DNA of 59,522 nucleotides, the filler included, from Sphacelaria rigidula (taxonomy: Eukaryota), in the NCBI GenBank assembly GCA_964200075.2. It is 4 parts of 4 records of this genome, joined end to end, with 100 filler letters (N's around TTAATTAATTAA, not from the genome) between each part and the next. Parts side by side here need not be neighbours in the genome. Positions count along the whole stretch, not along the records: positions 1 to 14,807 come from CAXNAA020002036.1; 3 more parts are not named here. One strand, written 5' to 3'. The notes below the pieces were generated by a model. It saw nothing but the letters and a program-made list of their open reading frames with translations, was not told where the DNA came from and did not search any database. Of the stretch, positions 1 to 12,200 are shown in pieces (position 1 is the stretch's first letter; the number at the start of each line of letters is the position of its first letter). The translations under genes and the position numbers were made by a program.

Positions 1-126
1 GTTCTCACGCTTTCCACGGTGGAAATTATACATGACGAAGAAAAAACCCAATGCACCGGGAATCGAACCCCGTTCTCTCCACCCTAACGGCGATATTCGG
101 ACCATTACACCACCGGGGCGCGGCGG
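1..126 (-). mobile_element. tRNA-headed SINE-like element (family A), 5' part, cut by contig start
   Basis: Minus strand gccccggtggtgtaatggt (A box) and ggttcgattcc (B box); homologous to 21937-22060. Confidence 0.75.
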
Positions 127-1361
127 TATACTTTGGGATCGACTTATTCGGGAAGCGTGATATTCCGGTGATGTGAGGTTTTGGCGTGACCGGATACCCA
201 TATACATAGTTTGCACAAGAGACGCAGAAATCCTCCTGGCGGTATTCATCACATCTGTCGTGACAACTTCAGACCGCCCTCAAACTTTGCATTTGGATAG
301 GTATTCGTGCTCCAAAATGGTACATTGTGTGGTTGAAGAAAATCAAAGTTTCTCCGCTCGTTAACGGCTTCCAGGGGTCCTGGCGTCATGACCCCCGGAC
401 GCCGGTACATGATACCGCAGACAAGAAAATAAACATTTACGCGTCCCGGGGGTAATCCAGGCAATAGATGTTGTGACTTCAGTACGTAGCTTAACTCGAA
501 GAACTGATGGATCGGTGTCGTTTTCATGGTGACCGTACCCGAAGAAGTGGTATCTGTAGTAGGATCGAGTAGTGAGGAGTTTGTGGATGTCAAGCTCACG
601 TCATCGCACGAGAGCGAAATATCCACGCCGATTCTTGGAGTTGAGTCGTATCTTGGCAAAATGTTTCCGGTCGTAAAAGTGCGGTGAAGGAGAAGACGTC
701 CCATCTGATGAGTAGGCACTCATGTCGATGTCACTTGTGTTGAGATGACGATTTATCAGATCGGAATTCGCCTTTTCCATCAAAAATAATTTGCGAAGGC
801 ATGGCTAGACTCTGGTTACTGACACACATGTACTGTGGATCATCTCGGAGAATTCGATGGACGGTGTTTCTTTTGATTCTTTCGGCGGTTATTCGAAATC
901 CCTGGGTCCTGAGGAATCACGCGCCCGTTCGGGACCCCCGATAACCGGCGATTGAATATAAAACACCGTCCATCCGATGTCCCCTGCCCAAAGGATATGT
1001 ATGTGCATATTTTCAGAGTCTTAACTCAAGGAATCGATGTAAACAGGTGCGGATGAGTGAATATCGAGACATCGGCGTGAACCATCCCGTAGTGGAGACC
1101 TATGTCGATGTCCCTATCCTTTGTTATGCACCGTTCGTGCAGAGACGGGGCAGCCGTCGGCGACATGACCAAAATAAATTAACTTGCGAAGAAGAAAAAT
1201 AGCTGTTTCATCTGAATGAAGTTTAGTTGGCCCAGCTGACAGCTAACGCCTGCGGCATGTGAATAGGTATCACTATTGCGGTACAGTGCCTCTCGTGGCC
1301 CGTCTCCGTTGCTCTTGTGTACTAGCTCGGCCGCACAAGGAGCCACCAGGAATGTTGAAAC

Positions 1362-1638
1362 GCACATTCTTCGCTCAATTTTGGATCGGTTTCGATAAAA
1401 AAAATGACACGATGTACACGACGTATGTGCGAATACCGAACTTTCCTCCTTTTTGTTTTTTCTTCATCGTGAGTTATTGGCAATTTTGCTCCGAAAAACT
1501 GTTCTGAAATGTTCTGTCGTCAAAAACTCACGAAGGAGAAAAAACACACGAGAAGAAAGGTTCGGTATTCGCACATTCGTCCTGTACATCGTGTCAAGAT
1601 TTCATCGAAAACGATCCAAAATTGAGCGAAGAATATGC
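1362..1638. repeat. Foldback palindrome (about 110-bp arms, about 50-bp spacer); partial second copy at 1735-1925
   Basis: attcttcgctcaattttggatcg...gcgaataccgaac...cgtgagtt and its reverse complement. Confidence 0.85.
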
Positions 1639-2183
1639 ACCATCCTGTCGACAACCGGGTACTAAAGTATATGAAGGTAAACCAAACCATTCAAGAATAA
1701 TTCGAACGCATTTATGCTGTTCAATTTCAAGCTGGTTTCGATGAAATTTTGACATGTACAGGACATATGTACGAATACCGAACCTTTCCTCCGATGTGTT
1801 TTTTTTTCCTTCGTGAGTTCCTGGTGATTTGGTCCCGGAAAAAATGTTCTGAAATGTTCCGTTGCCGATAACTCACTGTCAAAATTTCATCGAAAACGAC
1901 TACATATTGAGCTCGGGAATTATTCTACAGCTTGTGCGACACCACGCGGCATAAACCTGACTGTAAGCGAAAATCCAATCGCAGCCGTTTCCTTGTGGCT
2001 AATTCTGCCGCACATTGTACCCTCAACTCTAAACACTTTCGCACTTGACTACAGTTTGGTATTTCGTGTGATGAGACCTTGTCGGATCGCAGTGCTACAT
2101 GGATTTGAAGACGCGCGCTGATTCGCCGATTACCACGATGTGGGTGCTTGTGCTGCAGTACTGGAGCAAAGGAAGTCAATTAA

Positions 2184-2413
2184 CCCTCTTTGAACCGTTG
2201 ATGGAAACGTGACGATTAGCAAACTCCCATATGCGAGCATTCGTCACCGGAAAATCGTCACTTCGAGTTCGGTGCACGGATCTGTCACAGTAGTATACTT
2301 CAACTTGGAGTGGTGCACCGTTTTGGCAGACTGCATGATCAACAGTTGCAGAAGAACAAGCATATCTTGCCCAAGAAAACGTCGATGGTAAATCCATCAA
2401 CGGCACCAAAAGG
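2184..2413. mobile_element. piggyBac-type MITE
   Basis: TTAA-ccctctttgaaccgttgatgg ... ccatcaacggcaccaaaagg-ttag; internal sequence homologous to 19557-19760. Confidence 0.6.
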
Positions 2414-3350
2414 TTAGAAGAAACCTTGTGTGTCATGGGCTATATATATAAAACAAAGACAGTAGCGTGCTTGAATTTTTGTGCAGAGCAGGAGAAAACA
2501 AATTGGTGGGTTTCCATCACACGCTCTTGACCATGTACAGTGAGGTGACCTCTTTGGTCCCCATGAACCAAAATACTGTCTTATTTTCCCCGCAGAGGGT
2601 TCGTAATCGTTGTCTTCGCCGGAGTAGCAAAGACCCGGATAAAAACAAGAGGGGTCCGGGTCCGCAACCCTATCGCCGAACACATGGATCGTGCCCCCTC
2701 CCGGTGGTCGTTGCACACTGACACCAGGGGTAGGTGCTCTGCAATTGCGTATGCGTCGCCGCCGGTGTAAGCGTCAACGGCAACGCTGGTGGGATACGAG
2801 GGTGTACAGGGCGCATTTATCCTGCTGTCTTTTCGCGTTACATCAACACGACCTAGACCGCAAGGACACCCCCAACTTGGCTGCTCAAATTATGCTGGGC
2901 TGCCACGATCCTATTTTTTCGAAACGGCACGATACGCTTAATCGTTCTAGCGCCCCTGCAACCTGCTTGTGGTATTACCCGTCTACAGTATATCGTCATC
3001 CTCCACGAGACTGTCGGGAATCGCAGCAGGACGCGAGGCGCTAAAACGATCAACGCTCAGTTGCGACGAGGCCTCTTCCTGAAGATCTCGAACAAGGAAC
3101 TACCGTTGTGGCAAATCGAACTAGCTCTGAATCCCCAACGTGTGTCTGGATGCTTGGTCGTCGTCATCCGATACACCGACGCTCTACAACTGCTTGTCTT
3201 GTTCGCTCGTTCATTCCTCCCCCATTCACGGCCTCACCGCTACTACCCTTGGCCGTTGACTCATTTCTCTCTCGTGCCCCCTCCCCCCTCCCCTCCCCTC
3301 CCCCATTCCCTGTGCTTCCAATTTACTCTACTTTTCATACTTGTCTTCAG

Positions 3351-3422
3351 ATGCCACTGGATGGTCCACAATTGGCAGAGCAGGGCGAGGTTTTCAACGA
3401 GAACTTTTTCGCAGACTTCAAG
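3351..3422 (+). CDS. TOP1: Top1 exon ([24 protein letters not shown])
   Basis: ttcag acceptor, AAG|gtaaga donor, 72 nt; FxxNFFxDF core-domain motif. Confidence 0.88.
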
Positions 3423-6250
3423 GTAAGAATGGGAGGAAGGAATCGGTGTGATGCAGGCACATGGGCTGGGTACGAGAGCTCGCTCGCCTGTGCATTGTCA
3501 TGGTAGGAAGTATGTGAGTTAGGCGTGGAGGGTGGCACATATCTTGCGTTTCAGCATCACATCTCCCTCTCGCGCGATACCTTGACCGATTTTTGAACTA
3601 ATAAGACGACGGACCCGTCCTAGGGCAAAGTAAGGATTTACAATAATAGAAGTATGGCGAACGAAATAGAGAGGGAATTGCGAGTCTTGCTACCATAAGG
3701 GGAGGGGTGGGGGGGGGTTGGGCCATTTTCTTCCACAAAACTCTACTTTAATGATCGTTGAAGGCAGCAACGGTTGTTCAAACGCTCTTACTTACGATAA
3801 AAAACGCTCATTCACACTGGTTGACACCGCTCTAAACCAAATACAAGCGTACCGCGAGTGTATTGAATCGTCTGCCGCACCTTTGAGCCCAATTTTTCGT
3901 GGAATTGAACCCCCCCCCCCCCCCCCCCCTCCCCCCTGTCGTAGCATGACTCTTGCCTCAAAGTGCGCTTTTGTGTTCATTCTCTCAAGCGTATGTAATG
4001 TCCCTTGTGTTTCGTGTTTCTTGCCCAGGTGGTGCTCGGAAAAGGGCACAAGATAAAGAACTTCAAGCTGCTGGATTTCACAGCGATTCGCGAGCACTTG
4101 GACACCGTTAAGCAGATCAAGCGCGCCGCTACGGACGGAGAGAAAGCGGCTGCCAAGACGGTCAAGGAGGAACTCACGGTGAGTGATGTGCTGTGCTGAC
4201 GTCGTGCGTTGTCGCCATGAACCCTTACTAGTACAACAGAGTTGACTTCAGCACGCTTTGCTTTGTGTATGACTGTAAAGATTTCGGACACTCGTTGGTG
4301 GCCGTCAAGGTAGTTACATTGAGAAGCTCAAATAAGTTCTCAGACCTTGCAGTACCTTTGTAGACGAACATTTAAGTACCAAGTGTTTTTTCCATGTTGC
4401 ACCAAAATCTGACTGGTTGTGTGGTTGGTGACTCCAAATGTTTCCCGGCGGTGGACTTGTGCGAGGAAGCGTTGAAACGTTCGCATCGCTGTTGAAGCGG
4501 GGGATGTGAATCATAGGGTGGGGGCGGGGGAGGGAGGGAAATGTCGAGAGTCCACGGACTGCGGTAAGTGCGGATGCAATACTCGAGATACATTGTCAGG
4601 TGGTTACCGGATGAGCGACAGTTTCATTCCGTTGAGACTATGTACTCGTCCCGCGGAGGGGGAGTGTTATTCGAAGCAACACAAACGAAAATAAGTGGAT
4701 ACAGGTGGTCATTATCGTGAGATCCTTTGCAACACACGCACACGAACAAACACCCCAGGCAGTGCCACCAGGGACCGTCAACAGCTGAGTCGTGGACACT
4801 TTGCAATAGCAGCTCACTGCGTGCTATTCGCGGGCCCTGCGAATTTGTCCAATCATCCGCCTACACTCGAGCACATTGGGATTCAAGCGAACAGTTAGCT
4901 GTTTGACATGCTGCTGATATTTTTTCAACTCATTACGAATTTCATGGGGAGGTACGGTGCGAGACTTCCGTGGGCAAGAGAACCCGCCATGATCCAAGAA
5001 AAAAATCACGGTAGGGTATGGCTTGTGCGAGGAACGAAGGCCCATGATTCAAACGTACAAAAGTTTTATGCGATCTCTATCCTATGCTTCGAACGTGAAG
5101 AAAACACCGTGAAACAGTTAGTGTGTACGAAGTTTCATGCCGCAGCCGTACAATACATACAATTCCTTCTTTCAACGCGCTTCCCCCCCGTCCCCCCCAC
5201 CTATACCCCCTTTCCCCTGCGCGCACGCTCCATACCCGCCCGCACCTCCGGGGGTCTTCTTCGCCTTGAATTATGTCACTATCGGAAATGAAATGGTGAT
5301 GACGATACTTGAAACATCGTAGCACAAGTACAGCTACGCCATCGTCGATGACCACCTGGAGAAGGTGGGCAACTACAACGTGGAGCCTCCTGGGCTGTTC
5401 CGAGGTCGAGGAAAGCATCCCAAGACGGGATATCTCAAGGCCCGCGTGATGCCCTGCGACATGGCCATCAACTGCGCAGAGGGCGTGTGCGTACCGAAGT
5501 CTGGCGTGCCGGGGTTCAGCTGGCAGAGCGTGCAGCACGATCCTTCGGTGAGAAGGGGAGGCACCGAAGGCAATATTATTTCTCGTTGGAAATTACTATT
5601 TTCTAGTGTATGTGCTGCTTCTGTGTGCCTGCGGATGAGAAAAGGGCAGGGTGCTTGGCTCTGAAAACGAAGGTATATCTGCTGCTTTTTTTGTGAGGAT
5701 TTGTGCGTTTGTATGTACTACAACATTTGAAGAAGTGCGTGTTGTGAGATATTGCTGGACTCGACATTTTTCGAGACGGGACGTGCTGACTCTGATATTG
5801 TCTTGTGTAATTTAAACGAAGAATAGTGGGCACTGGGCAGAGGAGGGTGTTGAATCACCCTCCAGGTTGCTTGAAATTTCGTGAGGATACGAAAAATAGA
5901 GTGTCGACAAAAATAACAGTTGCAAAGCCAAACACCGCCTCCGGTGGATCTTGCGTGGCTAGCACCTGACCGCGTAACTGCCCCATCTCTGCATTTTTTT
6001 TTATTCCGGACTAGTTGTCACTTTCGTTGAAATCTATCCACAAATCGAAAGTTGTTGATTCCATGGGTGAGCAAAATTCCACTGCAATTCTCACGCACGC
6101 GAGTCTTGGTCGAGATTCAGTGATTGAGCTACTACTTGATCCCTTCACCTGTTTTTGCTCATCTGCCCTGCTCAAGTTCGGCCGAGCATATCAATCGAAA
6201 CTGTACTTACCGTACTCTCCACCTGTGCCCATGTTCCTCGTGTATGACAT

Positions 6251-6294
<44 letters not shown>

Positions 6295-9200
6295 CCCCTC
6301 CCCCTCCCCCACAGTGCTCGTCTACGACATCGGTGGGGGCCGGCCCTGCTTNNNNNNNNNNCACAAATGCAAACCGTACATTCCTACTCCCCCCCCCTCC
6401 TCCCTTTCTCTTTTTTCTTTTTGTTTCCCCCCCCCCCCCCCCCCCCCTTGTGCTCTCTGCTGTGTGTTTCCCGGTAGAAAATTGTTGCATTTGTCGGCGT
6501 CAGTTGCTGTCCGGAAATCGTTTTTTGCGACTGTATGAACACATCAAGTACCACTGCTCGTACCCCTCTTCTTCCTGGAAAATGTCGTTGCAGTAGCTAT
6601 TTGTCAAATCGAAATGCAAAAACATAAACTTGCATGATTCACTAAGCATAACGCAATTCTTACGTACGTAACATTCTGTGGAGACTTGAATTTTCCCGTC
6701 CCCCGCCCGCCCCTCTGTCGTTGAATACCCCCGAGCATATTAGGCCGCTTCTTATAATGGACAAAAATAATTAAAAAAATCTGGAAAAGTGTCCTTTGGA
6801 GCTTTCACGTCGTTTCACGCCCCAAAAGAGTTGGGCGGAGTTTGACACCTTGGAATGACTTGCTCTACTAGTTGAGGCGGTTCCCGGACATCTTCCCGTT
6901 TTCCGGTGGCCACAGTTTTCATTTTGACCAAACAAGAGTTGTTGTTCAGGTACCGTAAAAAACAGTCAGGTCTATCACAAGGAGCGGCCTTACAATACCT
7001 GCAGAAATAAAGCATGAAAGAAACTTCCATGGAATTAGCCCCCCCCCCCGCCCCCCCTGTTTTTGAAAAGCTGCCAACCTCCGCACCTCCCCCCGCCCTC
7101 TCCGGCCCGCCCGCCCGCTCGCTCCTCCCCGCCCCCCTTCGATTTGACCACTTCATTGAAATAAGGTGACGTGGCTGGCAAAGTGGGACGGAGTGTTAGC
7201 GGGCACGAAGTACATGATGCTGGCGGCTAGCTCTTCCTTTAAGGGAAAGAGTGACCTGGCCAAGTACGACAAGGCCATGAAGCTCAAGGGCTTCATCGGA
7301 AAGATCCGGGCGGACTACACCAAGAAACTCAGCAGCAGCGACAAGCGCACCAAGCAGGTTCGTCCGTGCCATGTTCGCAGTTTATGTGATGAAACTGTTC
7401 TTCTGTTCCGTACTGCGAATCTCATCCCCCACCCCCGCAGATGTCTCGATCCATGTTTTTCAGCATATTTCGTTCATTTTACTGACTGAGGCAACACAAA
7501 CACATGAAACACCGCAGACGTCGCAGAAGAGGATTTGCCGCGCAGGTGATGGGGCGGATTTCGCACGAAGCCGGCGACACAAATCGATGGTTGAAGCATA
7601 CTTCCTTTTCGTCATATTCTAACATCAACCCCCGTCCCAAGGCATACCGCCCCGAGGGGAGTACGTGAAGAATCCTGAGGCCAAGTGTGGCTTGGCAGAC
7701 CTTGAATCGGCGCCATAAGCGCCGATTTCAACCCGAGGCGCGTGTTGGGCAACGCTGGACTAGCGTATCGGGGACTGTGAACCCTATAAAGATATCAATA
7801 TGATGGTGTACACCGATAGTATAATTTTATCGTGAACCTTTGTGGTCTGGTTCGGGTATACTCTCTACTGCAGATCATGCACCAATCCTGCAAGTATGGT
7901 ATTTTTTCATTTCTTGAACCGCTTGGTACTCTACCATAAGGATCCCAGCATTGTGCGATAGGTCGTCAGTCCGGAACGACTGCACTGCATGCTGAGACCC
8001 CGCACTTCAGAATACCTGTGCACCGGAATGCAATGGTGCAATTTACTCCATGATGGTGGTTTGGTGGATCGAACTTGTGACTGAGTGATTCTGACCTCAC
8101 TGGGACGGGAGCGCTACTGTATCGTCCTGCAAAACTGGCCCTCACGTAGACTGTTTCCACACCCCGGACAACTACGACTAATAACTAGTTGCGTGCAAAC
8201 AACTACTTGGTCAGAAACCTGTGCGATTACCTGCCTGTAAGCAACTCTCGGACGAGAAAGTTGAGCAAGGAGTTATTGAGCAACCACCTCGGATAACAAC
8301 TGGCAGTTGCTAGTGACAACTAGACGAATCAATTCGTTAGGTCTGCAGGGTGTAAAGTACGGTAGCCTGGGGGGTCATCCGTGGTGGGAACGATCATATG
8401 CTGTGCAGCACACTGTTGTGGCGCTGCTACCCAGTACAGTGCAGTTCAGCTCAGTAAGGAAGCAAAAAAATGTTCTCGAACCTGTGCAGTCAACTATGCG
8501 ATCATCAACCTGCGCAGTGAGTTGCGTGCGGCCGATCACTTGCGTGCGACCAACTGCTTCCACAGAAACTTGTACAGTTAGTCAAGCGTAAGCAACGACT
8601 CGGTCGGAAACCTGTACAGCCAGTTGAGTGCAACCAACATGGTCAGAAACCGGTACAACTGGTTGCGTGCAGACAACTACTTGGTCAAAACCCTGTGCAA
8701 CTAGTAAGCTGGGGGTGTAAATGTCTTGTTCTATTTCCCAATTTTTTTTGGGTTATTCACGCGTACGATGACACGTGGCACACTGCAACACAGATCGCGA
8801 CGGCCGTGTGGATCATCGACAAGCTAGCCCTCCGTGTGGGCGGAGAGAAGGGCGAGGACGAAGCCGACACCGTGGGCTGCTGCTCCCTTCGCGTTGAACA
8901 CCTGACTATCCGAGACACGTCAGGGCCGGACGGCGAGGGGATTCACGAGATCGAGCTGGAGTTCTTGGGGAAGGACTCCATGAAGTTCAAGGAGACCATC
9001 GACTTCGACAAGTATGAGGCTATCGGACTGAGGGTTTTCAAGAATCTGCAGCAGTTCTGCAAGGGCAAAAGACAGTCGGAGGAGGTGTTCGATTACTTGG
9101 ACCCCAGGTGAAATATAACATGCGATAACAGTTGAATGAAAAATTACTGAAGAATAAAGTATAGGTGAAAAAAAACGCTTTGTATTCTAATCGAAGTCTT

Positions 9201-12200
9201 GTTTGGTTTGGTATGTGGGGGTGGGGGAGAGTTATCTTCCCGTTTAATTTTTAGTTTGTTTTATTTCTGAAGAAAAAATACGTTGGACAACACGACCATG
9301 TTTTGTGCTGTTGTGTCGTGGCAGTGGATGAGTGAAAGAGATGAAGCGAGCGGGTTTCGTGCATGTGTACCATTCACGAATATTCCCTCAGATAACATGT
9401 CGTATAGTGTATACCCACCGCCCTGAATAACACCCCTGGGTGATGACTCTTCGCCTATTTTTTGGTGTCATCTCGAGATATCTGCCATATTGTAGCTGAA
9501 TACTTTTCATACTGTACTGAACCGTCATATCTACCGCACCATACCGGGGTACCTATCGTACTGTACCAGGATTCTTACCGTACTGTACCGCCGTATCTAC
9601 CGCACCGTATCGGGGTACCTATCGTATTGTGCCTCTATACCTACGCTACTGTACTGGGGTACAATGTTGTTCGCATCTTCTCCACGGACAACCCCGGGGT
9701 GATCAGCGAGGGTGGCGAACAAATATAATTTTGATTTTCAACGTCTCATTGTCTCGTGTCCCTCATCTCTTTATTTCTTTGTCGCTTGTGTGCTGTGCTT
9801 TTGCTTTGCTTCTCTCTTTGTCTCGTGATAGTATCTTGAACCAGCATCTCCAGGGGTTGATGCCGGGGTTAACGGCCAAGGTTTTCCGTACGTATAACGC
9901 CTCCGACACTCTGCAAAACCAGCTTCCCGACGAGGCTGCGTTGGCTGGGAAATCTGTGGCGGAGAAGGTGACGCTCATGTACATACGAAGTATACATATA
10001 TGTATATCCACCCAGTAGTTTCCTGCGTCCACTTCATGTTTTTTCGTTTTTCCTCTTCCTTGTTGGACAGTTGTACGACCTACCATGTCGATCAACGTCA
10101 AAGTGCGCACATCAAGAGACGTGTTCGCAGGTTCTCTGCTCTTGCTTTGATTTTGGTCGCGTTACTAGCGGAATGCTTTTGAAATTGTGTTTGGTTGGCA
10201 ATTGCTAACTTGTTGTAATCCCTTTGTGCAGTAAAATGTAGAATATTGAACGATACTGTCCGTCCTCCCCCCTCCCCTCGCCCGCCCCCGCCCCCTCAAC
10301 ATGTGGTCAGTGCCCAATGGGCGTTATTTGCTAAAGTGTCTGCGCGGAAACGGCCTTCAGAAGTTGTTTCGTTTTTTTTTTTCTTGTCTGTTTCCTGTGT
10401 ATGATGTGCACTTGCGTGTAATTGTTTTCCATTTGTCTTCACGTATGTCCTTTTGTGTTGTTTTTTCGTATCGCTCGTTGTATTCATGAAACCGCAGACA
10501 CACATTTTGCTATTTGATACTAGAATATGACACCGGGGTATGACATGCACATGTACACACACGCACAGGTGGCCCTGTACAACGGAGCTAACCGAGAGGT
10601 AGCTATCCTGTGTAATCACCAGCGGACCGTGAGCAACGCGCAGAAGGATAACCTTCAGAAGATGGAGGACAAGCTTAAGCTGCTCACCAAGCAGAGACAG
10701 GTGTGTCGTTATTTCGTTCAATCTTTCTTGTTTTTTCGTCATGTCTTATCGCAAATGAGCCTAGCGGGATTCCGTGATATCTCCACACTTTGGTTGAAAA
10801 ATGCCCTGCGACGCACGAGGGGATCATGTGACTTCGTTGTTGGTATTTTTGTGGGTGGCAGTGACTGCCCAAATGATTGTTACTAATGTTTTGGGACCGT
10901 TTTTCTTGTTCTTCTCCTTTCCCGCCTCTCACGCCGTCCCGGCTTTGTAGGAGAAGCGAGGTCAATGATCTGCTGGCTACGGCGTGCAAGATCATGAATA
11001 CCCCCCCACACGTAGCCTATTATTGTGTGTCGCTTTGTGCGTTTGTGCACCAACACCGCCAACAAGGAAGAAACACGCAACAACGACAACGGCAAGCATT
11101 TAGCGTTGAAGCAATGACGACCCTGCTCAGATATGTTCTTTAGTGTGCTGATTCCGTGTTTTATGCACCACCACCAACAACAACAACCATAACATCTGTC
11201 GGCAGGAGCTGAAGAAGATGCTGAATCTGGTTCGGAAAGGGGAGCACAAGCGCGTACCGCTGAAATCATCGGACAAGACCGCCGAGGACAAGCTGATGAA
11301 GGCGACGGAGAAGGCCAAGGCAGCCAAGGCGGCGGCCAAAACGGACGAAGAGAAGGTGCGTCTTGTGTTCTCCATCATGCACCGTGAGAGGAAGAAGACG
11401 ACGCAGACTCGTTCGTCACCCTCTTCCCAGAGCTGCTTTTCGGAAGGCAGGGTCAACTTGCTTTCCTTTGAAGCGGGATTTGTGAGAAGATTCTGTTCCC
11501 ACAGAAGACAGGCTACAGCAATGCGGGCGCTGTCCATGCTGGATTTGTGGATATACAGTAGTAGTGTGGAGAACACACGGGTTGACAGTCCTTGAGAGGG
11601 TTACCCCTTTAGCTGCGGCACTGGCAGCTAGTAAGGCCGTGTTTTATCGAGACCCGAAAAATCAGTTTCCAAAGCCAGTGTCGGCTTGTAATGGATGGCG
11701 ACGATACCCCCAACCACCCAGGAACGAAAAACAGTTGCGAGCCTGATTTGTGGTGGCGGCTGTCTGATTTCGGAAAATTCTTGTTGGAATTTTTCAACAT
11801 AGCTGGGCTGTTCAAGAAATCATGTTCGTCGTAGGAGAGCACATTAGTGCGGCGCAACCTCTCTACTGTACTGCAATGCTGACATGTTCTCATACACGCG
11901 CCGGATTATGTCACTTGACAGAGATGAGTATACCCCTTACTGTACAGCACATACGTCACTTTTGTTGGTTGAATGGATATCGTCTGGGCTCGTATGTCTG
12001 ACATTCTGGATCGCGGGCGACTTCATTGCGGAACAGTAGGGAGGAGGAGGGGGGGGGGGCAAACGAAAGATGCGGGAAGCATGAATCGCTCTCGACGGAC
12101 TACTCGTTGTTGATCGTATTTATTTGTCTTGTTCTGTTGGTCCTGTGTTTGTGTCGTCTCTGTGGATGCGTACGGGCGAGCGGGCGTAGCTCTGCATGTA

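Noticed and set aside
6015..6596. Proline-rich 193-aa ORF
   Set aside because: Poly-C homopolymers and an N gap inside a TOP1 intron.
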